A stretch of DNA of 64,000 nt, taken from NCBI GenBank assembly GCA_903840015.1, contig CAIMEL010000004.1, forward strand, positions 30,671-94,670. The letters run 5' to 3'. Position 1 is the stretch's first letter, and every line of letters begins with the position of its first letter. The position numbers were made by a program, and so were the translations under genes. This stretch comes from an uncultured bacterium (lineage in GTDB: Bacteria; Patescibacteriota; Dojkabacteria; SC72). Shown one piece after another: positions 49,191-58,601 of this stretch. The notes beneath the pieces are model-generated. The model did no database searches, was not told the DNA's origin, and saw only the letters and a program-made list of their open reading frames with translations.

Positions 49191-49859
49191 ATGAAAGTAT
49201 CAAATAAAATGATTTTTGGGGTAATACTAGTAGTCATTGGACTCTTACTCTTCATTGATCGAACCGGAGTATTGACCTTTAACTTTTGGTCCTCCATCTG
49301 GACCTTTTGGCCATTAATACTAGTATTCTTAGGTATAAAACTTTTCTTTGAGAACAAGATCCCAGGAGCAATTATCTTAACTACTTTAGGTACTGTTCTT
49401 TTCTTAACAAATGTCTTTGATTGGAATTTCTTTGCAATACTTTGGCCATTAGCCATTATTGCAATTGGTATATCAGTACTATTTAAAGAAGAAGACTTTA
49501 AGGTTAATAACTCTAGTACCAAAGGCAATGAAGAGAAGATTGACGATACAGCAATATTCTGGGGTGTAGAAAAGAAGAATATTTCCAAAGATTTCAAGGG
49601 AGGCGAAGTAAATGCAATTTTTGGTGGATATGAATTAGATCTACGAGAAAGCAAAGTAAGTAAAGAGGGAGCAAAATTATCAGTCAATGCGATATTTGGT
49701 GGAGTAGAGGTTTCTGTCCCAAAGGATTGCAGAGTTATTACAAACGGAACGGGAATTCTTGGAGGATGGAGTTCTACCGTAAAACCTAATGATTTAAAAA
49801 CTCCCGTATTAGAGATAACTGGAAGTGCAATTTTTGGTGGAGTTGAGATAAAAGAATAG
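49191..49859 (+). CDS. LiaF-like cell-envelope stress protein
   Basis: Two FWP TM units; repeated AIFGG; LDLRE. Confidence 0.88.
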   Translation: MKVSNKMIFGVILVVIGLLLFIDRTGVLTFNFWSSIWTFWPLILVFLGIKLFFENKIPGAIILTTLGTVLFLTNVFDWNFFAILWPLAIIAIGISVLFKEEDFKVNNSSTKGNEEKIDDTAIFWGVEKKNISKDFKGGEVNAIFGGYELDLRESKVSKEGAKLSVNAIFGGVEVSVPKDCRVITNGTGILGGWSSTVKPNDLKTPVLEITGSAIFGGVEIKE

Positions 49860-49906
49860 TAAAATCAAATATGATATATTGTATATAATTAACTTGTATA
49901 CAATTT

Positions 49907-51379
49907 GTGATGCAAAAAGAATATCTTTTTCTTGGTGATGATAGTGTAAATAATGGCAGATATATGCTTGCGGTATATAGAATTATTCCTGCCGATGGAT
50001 TGACCTTAGAAGATGTTGCAACTGAGGTTGCTGCAGAATCTTCTACAGGAACAAGTATAAAGGTTGGTTCTGCAACAGAGTTTTCTCTCAGTAATAATGC
50101 AAAGGTCTACAAGATAGATGAAGAAAAAAATCTCGTATGGATTGCTTACCCATGGGAGATTTTCGATACAGGAGGTAACATACAAAATATTCTAACCTAT
50201 GTTGCAGGTAATATTTTAGGAGTAAGCGAAGTTAAAGCATGCAAACTACTTGATGTTCACTTTCCTCCAGAGATGCTAGTTAGATACGATGGACCAAGCT
50301 ATACCATCGACGATATGAGAGCATACTTAAATGTTTGGGATTCTCCAATACTAGGTTCCATCATAAAACCAAAGATTGGTTTAACTCCTGCGCAGTATGC
50401 TGAACTAGCATACGATTTCTGGGTAGGTGGAGGACACTTTGTGAAGAATGATGAACCTCAATCCGATCAATCTTTCTGTAACTATGAATTAATGGTCAAA
50501 TCAATTAGGATTGCTATGGACAGAGCAGAACAGGAAACAGGTCATACTAAAGTACATTCCTTTAACGTTTCAGCAGCTGATTTTGACACCATGCTCCACA
50601 GAGCAGACTTTGTAGCTGCAAATATGAAGCCTGGAAGCTATGCATATTTAATAGATGGTATAACTGCTGGTTGGATGGCGGTACAAACACTAAGAAGAAG
50701 ATATCCAAATACATTCATACATTTCCACAGAGCAGGACACGGCGCATACACAAGAATGGAAAACCCAATAGGGTACACAGTTGAAACTCTTACAAAATTT
50801 GCCCGTCTAGCAGGTGCCTCTGGTATACATACAGGTACTGCAGGTGTTGGGAAAATGTCAGGAGACTCTAGGACAGATATAACGGCAGCTCATCATGGAC
50901 TAAGATTAAAATCATCTGGAGAATTTTTCGATCAGGCTTGGAGTAAAATCTCTGAGAAAGATGCAGATATTGCCAGTATGATTCAGAAAGAGGAAGAGAA
51001 ATGGGATGGAGATTGTAGAGGATTCTTGGAAGAGAGAGTAGCGAAGAAGGCTGAATTCACATACAAATCTGATACTTCAAGAGTCATACTAAAAACTGCA
51101 CCAATTATTTCAGGTGGCCTAAACCCAACACTCTTAGACGACTTCCTCAATGTTATGGGCACAATTGATTTCATAACTACAATGGGAGCAGGAGTACACT
51201 CACATCCAATGGGAACCAAGGCAGGTGCGAAGGCAGTATTACAAGCATACGAAGCATGGAAGAAGGGTGTTACTATCCAAGAGTATTCGAAAGATTTCCA
51301 GGAATTAGCTATTGCTATAGATTTCTTTGAGAAAAACAAAACCAATACACACAAACTAAAAGGTTACGAACAGGTTTAG
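49907..51379 (+). CDS. rbcL: RubisCO large subunit, form II/III-like
   Basis: AAESSTGT, KPKIG, GGHFVKNDE, HFHRAGH, HTGTAGVGKM, SGG, HP.G; C-terminal insertion. Confidence 0.93.
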   Translation: MMQKEYLFLGDDSVNNGRYMLAVYRIIPADGLTLEDVATEVAAESSTGTSIKVGSATEFSLSNNAKVYKIDEEKNLVWIAYPWEIFDTGGNIQNILTYVAGNILGVSEVKACKLLDVHFPPEMLVRYDGPSYTIDDMRAYLNVWDSPILGSIIKPKIGLTPAQYAELAYDFWVGGGHFVKNDEPQSDQSFCNYELMVKSIRIAMDRAEQETGHTKVHSFNVSAADFDTMLHRADFVAANMKPGSYAYLIDGITAGWMAVQTLRRRYPNTFIHFHRAGHGAYTRMENPIGYTVETLTKFARLAGASGIHTGTAGVGKMSGDSRTDITAAHHGLRLKSSGEFFDQAWSKISEKDADIASMIQKEEEKWDGDCRGFLEERVAKKAEFTYKSDTSRVILKTAPIISGGLNPTLLDDFLNVMGTIDFITTMGAGVHSHPMGTKAGAKAVLQAYEAWKKGVTIQEYSKDFQELAIAIDFFEKNKTNTHKLKGYEQV

Positions 51380-51434
51380 TAGAAAAAGAATCCTACTTTT
51401 ATTACTTCTTTTGTGATAGAATGGTCCCCTGTAT

Positions 51435-53330
51435 ATGTCTAATTCCCAAGTAGAACAACAAAACTTAAGAAATATCGCCATTATTGCCCATGTTGACCAC
51501 GGTAAAACAACCTTGGTTGATGCTTTCATGAAACAGACCAATCTTTTCAGAGAGAATCAAGATGAAATGAATCAAGAAAGAATTCTTGATGTTGGAGAAT
51601 TAGAGAAAGAGAAAGGAATCACTATTAATGCGAAGAATATCTCCATAAGGTACAAGGGTGTAAAGATAAATATCATAGATACTCCCGGACACGCTGATTT
51701 TGGTGGAGAAGTTGAAAGAACTTTAAATATGGCGGATAGCTGTTTGCTTCTAGTGGATGCAAAAGAAGGAACAATGCCACAAACAAAGTTTGTTCTCAAA
51801 AAGGCTTTGGAGCTAGGCTTAAAACCAGTTGTAGTAGTAAACAAAATAGACAAAAAATTAGCAAATATTAAGAAAACCATATCAAAGATTCAAGATCTTT
51901 TCTTAGCACTTGCAACAGACACCTCTCAATTAGACTTCCCTATATTCTATGGAATCTCACGAGAAGGGAAAATATGGAAAGAAATACCACAAGGTGATCT
52001 AACTATACCTAACAGTACAGAGGGAGATCTTCTCCCAATACTTGATGAAATAGTAGAGAACTTGCCATCTCCGAAGGGAGATCCGAATGGACCATTCCAA
52101 ATGCAAATAACATCGGTGGAATACAATGAACATCTTGGGAGATATCTCATCGGAAAAATCTCACGCGGAACTTTAAAAGTAGATGATCCAATCATCTTAC
52201 TTTCAGAGAAAGAAGGATTTGAAAAGAAACAGGGTAGAGTAAGGGAAATTTTCTTGAAAGAAGGACTTCAGTGGGAGAAACAAAATTCAGCTAGTGTTGG
52301 TGAAATAATTGCTCTTACAGGTATAGATTCTACAGATATCGGAGCAACAATATGTGGATTAGAGAACCCTGAAGCATTACCTGAGATCAAAATTACACCT
52401 CCTTCAGTTAGAGTAAAGTTTTCTGCTAACACATCACCATTTGTTGGGAAGGAAGGTAAGTTAGTTACTGCAAAGCAATTACAACAAAGATTGGAACAAG
52501 AAAAAAATTTGAATATTAGTCTTAAAATTACAAATACAGGTAGTAACAATTATTATGTCTCAGGAAGGGGAGAGCTTCAACTTGCGATATTGATTGAGCA
52601 ATTACGCAGAGAGGGATATGAGTTTGAACTTGGTAAACCAGAGGTTATTCTACAGGAAAGAGAAGGGAAAAGGTGTGAACCATTAGAAGAGCTTACTATT
52701 GATGCTCCAGATGAATATATGAGCACTATCACACAAGAAGTTAACGAAAGAAAAGGTAAACTGATTAATATTGAAACGGAGGAAGGACAAACAAGATTTA
52801 CTTTCAATATACTTACCAGAAATCTCATAGGTCTTCATCGAGTATTAATGAATGCTACAAAAGGGACAGCAATTATAAATAGCTTCATTGTCGACTATAT
52901 TCCTTACGAGAAAAGTGATGAGCTTTTCCGAAAAGGAGTAATAATATCATCTGAGACAGGTACTGCCCTAGCATACTCATTAATGAGCATACAAGACAGA
53001 GGAAGACTATTTATTGAAGGATCCACTGCTGTATATGAAGGAATGATAATTGGAATTAATAATCATGAGAGTGACTTAGAGGTTAATCCTTGTAAAGCAA
53101 GACACAAAACGAATGTGAGGATGTCACATGCCGAAGTAACTGAGATTGCCCTTAAGGCACCAATACAGCTAACCATAGAATATGCTCTTTCTTTCATCAG
53201 AAGTGATGAATTGATTGAGGTTACACCTAAGAATGTCAGACTAAGAAAGAAGCTTTTAACAGCAACACAGAGGACTTGGTCAAAGAGAAAAAATCTGACA
53301 GAGTACGCAAAGGAACACTTGGAGGGATAA
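51435..53330 (+). CDS. typA: Translational GTPase TypA/BipA
   Basis: RNIAIIAHVDHGKTTLVD, DTPGHADFGGEVER, GRGELQL, EVTP..VRLRK. Confidence 0.97.
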   Translation: MSNSQVEQQNLRNIAIIAHVDHGKTTLVDAFMKQTNLFRENQDEMNQERILDVGELEKEKGITINAKNISIRYKGVKINIIDTPGHADFGGEVERTLNMADSCLLLVDAKEGTMPQTKFVLKKALELGLKPVVVVNKIDKKLANIKKTISKIQDLFLALATDTSQLDFPIFYGISREGKIWKEIPQGDLTIPNSTEGDLLPILDEIVENLPSPKGDPNGPFQMQITSVEYNEHLGRYLIGKISRGTLKVDDPIILLSEKEGFEKKQGRVREIFLKEGLQWEKQNSASVGEIIALTGIDSTDIGATICGLENPEALPEIKITPPSVRVKFSANTSPFVGKEGKLVTAKQLQQRLEQEKNLNISLKITNTGSNNYYVSGRGELQLAILIEQLRREGYEFELGKPEVILQEREGKRCEPLEELTIDAPDEYMSTITQEVNERKGKLINIETEEGQTRFTFNILTRNLIGLHRVLMNATKGTAIINSFIVDYIPYEKSDELFRKGVIISSETGTALAYSLMSIQDRGRLFIEGSTAVYEGMIIGINNHESDLEVNPCKARHKTNVRMSHAEVTEIALKAPIQLTIEYALSFIRSDELIEVTPKNVRLRKKLLTATQRTWSKRKNLTEYAKEHLEG

Positions 53331-53351
53331 TCCTTAAGTCTATATAAAAAG

Positions 53352-53378
53352 AAAAGGGAGTACTTAGTACTCCCTTTT
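53352..53378. terminator. Bidirectional intrinsic terminator
   Basis: AAAAGGGAGTAC-tta-GTACTCCCTTTT between convergent genes. Confidence 0.85.
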
Positions 53379-53398
53379 AATTAACAAAATACTATTGA

Positions 53399-53698
53399 TT
53401 ATCTATCAAAGCTTCTTCTGTTATCACCACCAAATGATCCTCGGTCTCGAGATTCCTCTCTTGCTTCGGAAACATTGATAGCTCTTCCATCGACTTCTTT
53501 GCCATTAAGCTCAGAAATTGCATTCTGTGCTTCCTCTTCTGTGGACATAGTAACAAAACCAAATCCTTTGGATCTGTTCTTGATTCTATCCATAATTACT
53601 ACTGCTTCTTCAACAGTACCTACGGCACCAAAAATCTCCTTGAGTTGCTCGTCTCTGACATCCCAACTAAGGTTACCTATAAATAATTTTTTACCCAT
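53399..53698 (-). CDS. RRM RNA-binding protein
   Basis: KLFIGNL (RNP2), RSKGFGFV (RNP1). Confidence 0.95.
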   Translation of the reverse strand: MGKKLFIGNLSWDVRDEQLKEIFGAVGTVEEAVVIMDRIKNRSKGFGFVTMSTEEEAQNAISELNGKEVDGRAINVSEAREESRDRGSFGGDNRRSFDR

Positions 53699-53831
53699 TA
53701 TTTATAAAAAATAAAAAAATTAAATTCGCTACACCACAAAAATGGGAGATTTACACTCTAAGCAGTCTGTTTGAAGAAAGCTTCCATAGCTACCCATATT
53801 ATATCATACTATTCATTTAAAAAGATAGAGA

Positions 53832-55163
53832 CTAGACCATACCCTTTGCAGCCATAATACCTGTGACTGCAGCACCTGTTATAGAGCCTGATAAACCAGC
53901 ACCATCCCCAGCTACATATAGGTTTTGAATACTAGTCTGCATACTTGTATCAGTAGATATTTTCGAAGATCGGAATTTTACCTCGGGTGCATAGAGTAGT
54001 GTAGATCCAGAATTAATACCAGGCATCACCTTATCTAATATCTCTAAGCCTTCAATGATATTAACCACTATTCGATATGGCAAAGCCATAGAAATATCAC
54101 CTGGTGTAACATCAGTAAGAGATGGAGTAACAAAAGATTTTTCTAAACGACTCTCTGTACTTCTCCTACCGAATCTCAAATCCTCGAGACTTTGCAATAT
54201 CGGCTTACCTCCACCTATTGTTGAAGCAACTTCGGCTATAGATTTGGCATAGGCTATTGAATTTTCAACCGGTTTTGTTAAGTTTACCTCACAAAGAAAT
54301 GCAAAATTAGAGTTCCTAGAATCATGATCTGAGTTCGAATGACCATTTACACAAACATACCCATCATACTTCTCTGTGGCAACCAAACCTCTTGGGCAAC
54401 TACAAAAAGTCCTAACAATATCATGATATGTTTTTGTTCTTACCCTATACACAGTCTCATACAGCACCTCTGCTTGGCGTTTCATAATGGAGTATGGAAA
54501 CTCTACACGAACACCAACCTCAACCTTGTCATATACATATTCAATTCCGTACTGTCCTGCTAGATTCTGCATCCATTTGGCATTTACTCTCCCAGGTGCT
54601 AGAAGTACTTTCTTCCCAAGTATCTCCCCTTTATCTGTCATGACACCACAAACTTTGTTTTCCTTAATTATCAAATCAACAACCTTAGTCTCATCCAAAA
54701 ATTCGACACCTTTTTCTAAGAGGTACTGTTGGAAATTCAACATAACACTTTTCAATTTATCAGTTCCAACGTGTCGTGCCTTTCTAACTACCAATTCAAT
54801 ATCGGATCTTTCAGCCTCAGATATTAATTCCTCCAATCTAGAATCTTCTTTAGGGAAATATTCAGAGTCAACACCAAAGTCAGTAAGAGTTTCATCAACG
54901 TAATCAAGAATTTTTTGATATTTACTCTTTGCCAAGAGATGAAATGCTTTCTCATGAGAAAGATTGGCAGTAAGTGTAAGTTTACCATCTGAAAAGGTTC
55001 CTGCTCCACCAAAACCTGACATTATCTCACTTTCCTTCCTCTTACCGAGTCTCTTACCCATATCAATTAACAAGATTTTTCTTTTCTTCTTACCTTTGAG
55101 AAGTTCATAACAAGCAAAAACACCAGCGGGTCCTGCACCAACTACAATAACATCGTATTTCAT
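53832..55163 (-). CDS. NAD(P)/FAD-dependent oxidoreductase (uncharacterised family)
   Basis: GAGPAG, GGAGTFSDGK, GVRVE, RTFC.CP.G, VNGHS, AGDGAG. Confidence 0.9.
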   Translation of the reverse strand: MKYDVIVVGAGPAGVFACYELLKGKKKRKILLIDMGKRLGKRKESEIMSGFGGAGTFSDGKLTLTANLSHEKAFHLLAKSKYQKILDYVDETLTDFGVDSEYFPKEDSRLEELISEAERSDIELVVRKARHVGTDKLKSVMLNFQQYLLEKGVEFLDETKVVDLIIKENKVCGVMTDKGEILGKKVLLAPGRVNAKWMQNLAGQYGIEYVYDKVEVGVRVEFPYSIMKRQAEVLYETVYRVRTKTYHDIVRTFCSCPRGLVATEKYDGYVCVNGHSNSDHDSRNSNFAFLCEVNLTKPVENSIAYAKSIAEVASTIGGGKPILQSLEDLRFGRRSTESRLEKSFVTPSLTDVTPGDISMALPYRIVVNIIEGLEILDKVMPGINSGSTLLYAPEVKFRSSKISTDTSMQTSIQNLYVAGDGAGLSGSITGAAVTGIMAAKGMV

Positions 55164-55237
55164 GAATTTAAGACTTATGTTAACAAATCATTTTAATATA
55201 TTTTTTACTATTCTTACATACTTTAATATAATACGGT

Positions 55238-55774
55238 ATGGGAAAGGATATATTAATACATACCTGTTGTGCAGATTGCTTTTTAAACGCTACTGCATAT
55301 CTGTTAGAGAAGAATATTATAGATATAAATACAAATGTGGAGAGTTATTTTTTTAACCCTAATATACATCCCCGTTCTGAATATCAAGCCAGATTAGGTG
55401 CTTTGAAAAAAACTATCTCAACATTAGAGAAGATCTCCATAAAGCTTGTAGTACCTGATTACAAACCTGCTATATATATGGATCTAGTTAAGGAGAATTT
55501 GAATTCTCGTTGTAAAATCTGCTGGAGACTAAGATTAGAAGAATCTTTTAAATACGCAGCAGAGAACAACATTAAGGATATTACATCAACAATGCTAACG
55601 AGCAATTATCTCAATAGAGAAGCTATTTTAAAAATTGCAAATGAACTAAAAACTGAATACAAAATAAATTTCATAGCATTGGATAACCAGTGTAATTGTC
55701 TTCATCACGGATTCTACAAACAGAACTACTGCGGCTGTTGTTTCTCCTTAACAGAGAGAATGATATGTAAATAG
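55238..55774 (+). CDS. queH: Epoxyqueuosine reductase QueH (DUF208)
   Basis: HTCCADC, FNPNIHP..EY, RC..C...RL, YKQNYCGC.FS. Confidence 0.88.
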   Translation: MGKDILIHTCCADCFLNATAYLLEKNIIDINTNVESYFFNPNIHPRSEYQARLGALKKTISTLEKISIKLVVPDYKPAIYMDLVKENLNSRCKICWRLRLEESFKYAAENNIKDITSTMLTSNYLNREAILKIANELKTEYKINFIALDNQCNCLHHGFYKQNYCGCCFSLTERMICK

Positions 55775-55877
55775 TGCAAGATTGCTACAAGCCTTTTATT
55801 ACTTTCCTTTTCTGAAACATATGTGATAGATTGGAACTTCCTTTTCAAAAAATACTTAAAATATCAGATCAACCATC

Positions 55878-55970
55878 ATGTTAACAAAGATTCTTGAACT
55901 AGTTATGTACATCACTATAATTTCTTTGGTACTAGGAGTGATAGCAGTCATAAATACAATTATGGTATAA
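55878..55970 (+). CDS. 30-aa single-TM peptide, apparent paralog of 9395..9511
   Basis: MLTKILELVMYITIISLVLGVIAVINTIMV*. Confidence 0.55.
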   Translation: MLTKILELVMYITIISLVLGVIAVINTIMV

Positions 55971-55976
55971 GTAGAT

Positions 55977-56102
55977 ATGAACTACCTAATTATTTTAATA
56001 GGTGTTTTTGTACTTACTCTTCTCATACTAATAGGATTAATATTTCTAATACCGGCATCAGATAACAACGGAAACGAGGAGGAAGAGGAGAGTGAAGAGT
56101 AG
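55977..56102 (+). CDS. 41-aa TM peptide with acidic tail
   Basis: MNYLIILIGVFVLTLLILIGLIFLIPASDNNGNEEEEESEE*. Confidence 0.6.
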   Translation: MNYLIILIGVFVLTLLILIGLIFLIPASDNNGNEEEEESEE

Positions 56103-56103
56103 T

Positions 56104-57393
56104 TTACTCGTATCTCAAAGCATTCACAGGATCTAACTTTGAAGCCTTCCTAGCAGGATAGATTCCAGCCAAGACGCCAACTAAGATACTTCCAAGAGTA
56201 ATATACAATGCATTAAGAGGTTGGAAATTGAAAAACTGCTCTATCCCTGAGAACCCTTGCTCATTTAGTACATCTACAATGAAGGGATCGGCAAGCTTCA
56301 TCATCGCGAAAGTCACAATCAAACCTAATGCTCCTCCAATAAATCCAATCATTCCAGATTGTATTAGGAAGATAATTAAAACTTGAGCATTTGAAGCACC
56401 CATAGCTTTAATGATACCGATCTCCTTAGTTTGCTCATAAATACTCATGACCATTGTATTAATAATTCCAATAGATGCTACGAGAGCGGAAATCGACCCA
56501 AAGAGAACTAACGCTATTGTCAAACCAGAGGTCAGGGTATCAATGAAGCTAAGAATGGTGTCTGACGATATTACAAATAATTCCATATCTTCCGTTATGT
56601 ACTTTTCAATATCTTTTGTCTTTCCCTCTTCTGTAAGAAGAAATAGCTGAAAATAACCAGCATTTGTCAAATAATCCTCATGATCTTCATATCCCCCTAA
56701 ATCTACCAAGATATCTAAAGCAGAGTTTGTACTAATCCAAAATGCATCATTGCCTGTTTCCACAACCCCTACAACTACAAACTCATACTCTTTGTTAACC
56801 ATGCTCTTGGATGTAAAGGAGAAAAACGAACCACTGGAGGAGCTCTTTGCTGTAATTGTTTTTCCAATTATTTCTTCCTTGGACATTTCAAAAAAGCTTG
56901 CAACAAAATCACTTACAAATATCTCTCCAGTATCAAGGTTCTCCTTCTCACCATAGAGACTTTTAAAGATCCTATGTGTTCCTGGTAGATCCGAACCTGC
57001 AATGAGCTTCAGAGGATAAGGTGTTTTGTCTCCTTCCAGGTACATATCTAGACCATTGATAGAGAGTAGGGGTTCGACTTCTACAACACCATCGATATCA
57101 GAGATTTGAGAAAGAATCTCTCCTGTTAGAATCTTTTCTTCTTTCGTATCGCTACTCTTGGTTGGTGCTTGTGCAAAACCACCGAAAGACATATTGTCCT
57201 TGCCTGAGACATACAGATCTAGAGGATTAAACCTTGTTGTAAATTCGCTCAAGATTGCGCTTTTCAAATCAGTCATACCGAAAAGAATAAAGGTCATTAA
57301 CATTACAGCGATGGTAATTCCCAAACTTGTTAGAAATGTTCTTAGTTTTCTTCTAAATATTAAATCTAGTGCGTATTTAAACATTTTTACCAT
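56104..57393 (-). CDS. MacB/FtsX-family ABC permease
   Basis: RKLRTFLT.LGI, IGIINTM.MSI.E.TKEIGI.KA.GA, YPARKASKLDPV.ALRYE. Confidence 0.94.
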   Translation of the reverse strand: MVKMFKYALDLIFRRKLRTFLTSLGITIAVMLMTFILFGMTDLKSAILSEFTTRFNPLDLYVSGKDNMSFGGFAQAPTKSSDTKEEKILTGEILSQISDIDGVVEVEPLLSINGLDMYLEGDKTPYPLKLIAGSDLPGTHRIFKSLYGEKENLDTGEIFVSDFVASFFEMSKEEIIGKTITAKSSSSGSFFSFTSKSMVNKEYEFVVVGVVETGNDAFWISTNSALDILVDLGGYEDHEDYLTNAGYFQLFLLTEEGKTKDIEKYITEDMELFVISSDTILSFIDTLTSGLTIALVLFGSISALVASIGIINTMVMSIYEQTKEIGIIKAMGASNAQVLIIFLIQSGMIGFIGGALGLIVTFAMMKLADPFIVDVLNEQGFSGIEQFFNFQPLNALYITLGSILVGVLAGIYPARKASKLDPVNALRYE

Positions 57394-58045
57394 CCACTAA
57401 GGTTATCGTTTTCTCCGTCTCTTTTGAAATGGCTATATCGTGAGTAACAATTATCATTGTTGTACCTTCCGATTTATTTAAAGATTTCAATAGGTTTAGA
57501 ATTGCCTTGCCTGTTTTACTATCCAAATTACCAGTCGGCTCATCAGCAAGTACAATTTCAGGAGAATCAATCAAAGCCCTTGCTATTGCAACTCTTTGAG
57601 CTTGACCACCAGAAAGTTCTTTCGGATAATGCTTTCTTCTGTTGGTAAGACCTGTTTCCTTCAACAAATATTCTAATCTTTCATTCAAATCTATTTCCTT
57701 AATATTTTTCTGAAATTTGGTTGGAAGAAGAATATTCTCCTCAACAGTAAGGGAAGGAATAAGGTAGAATTGTTGAAATATTGTTCCAACTATATGTCGT
57801 CTGTAATAGTTTTGATCATATTCCCGAATATCTTTCCCATTTATCAATATATGTCCCGAGTAATTCCAATCTAATCCACCCAAGATATTAAGAAAAGTAG
57901 ATTTCCCTGAACCAGAGCTTCCAATTACAGAAACAAAGGATCCCTTTTCAAATGCAAAAGACAGCCCATCTAAAGCTCTAACTTCGACCAATTTACTTGG
58001 TTTGTATATTCGTTTGAGATTTTCTACTTTAATGTAATCTGTCAT
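57377..58045 (-). CDS. ABC ATP-binding protein (LolD/MacB type)
   Basis: GSSGSGKST, LSGGQ, LADEPTGNLD, VTHD. Confidence 0.96.
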   Translation of the reverse strand: MTDYIKVENLKRIYKPSKLVEVRALDGLSFAFEKGSFVSVIGSSGSGKSTFLNILGGLDWNYSGHILINGKDIREYDQNYYRRHIVGTIFQQFYLIPSLTVEENILLPTKFQKNIKEIDLNERLEYLLKETGLTNRRKHYPKELSGGQAQRVAIARALIDSPEIVLADEPTGNLDSKTGKAILNLLKSLNKSEGTTMIIVTHDIAISKETEKTITLVDGKNV

Positions 58046-58100
58046 GACTGTAGATAATATCAGATAAAGAACAGGGTTTCTATATGATATACTAGAGAAT

Positions 58101-58580
58101 ATGAAACCATTAAGGATATTAACAATAGAAGATAAAAAAGAGGAAGCTATTTTGAGACAGAAGAGTTTAGCTGTAAAACCTGAGGAATTATCAAAAAAAG
58201 ATCTTAAAGATTTTCTTGATGCCCTGTTACATAGTGCTAAAAATAGTGAAGAACCTGCAGGTGGAATTGCAGCTCCCCAAGTTGGGGTGCATAAGAGAAT
58301 TTTCTACATACTAAACTATGATACAAATAAATGGGAGCTATTCATAAATCCAGAAATAGAGCCAATAGGATATACAAAGAAAGCAATCCCTGAAGCCTGT
58401 CTAAGTGTTCCAAATAGGGAAGAAAAAGTGCTAAGATATTACAAGATCAAAGTGAAATTTCTGGATAAAAATGGTAAGAGAAAAGTAAAGAAGTATGAGG
58501 ATTTGAATTCGATAAGCATACAACACGAATATGATCATTTGGAAGGTGTTCTCTTTATAGACAAAATATTAAAAGAATAA
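58101..58580 (+). CDS. def: Peptide deformylase
   Basis: GIAAPQVG, EACLS, QHEYDHLEG. Confidence 0.96.
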   Translation: MKPLRILTIEDKKEEAILRQKSLAVKPEELSKKDLKDFLDALLHSAKNSEEPAGGIAAPQVGVHKRIFYILNYDTNKWELFINPEIEPIGYTKKAIPEACLSVPNREEKVLRYYKIKVKFLDKNGKRKVKKYEDLNSISIQHEYDHLEGVLFIDKILKE

Positions 58581-58601
58581 ATTAAGTAAAACTGTCCATC
58601 A

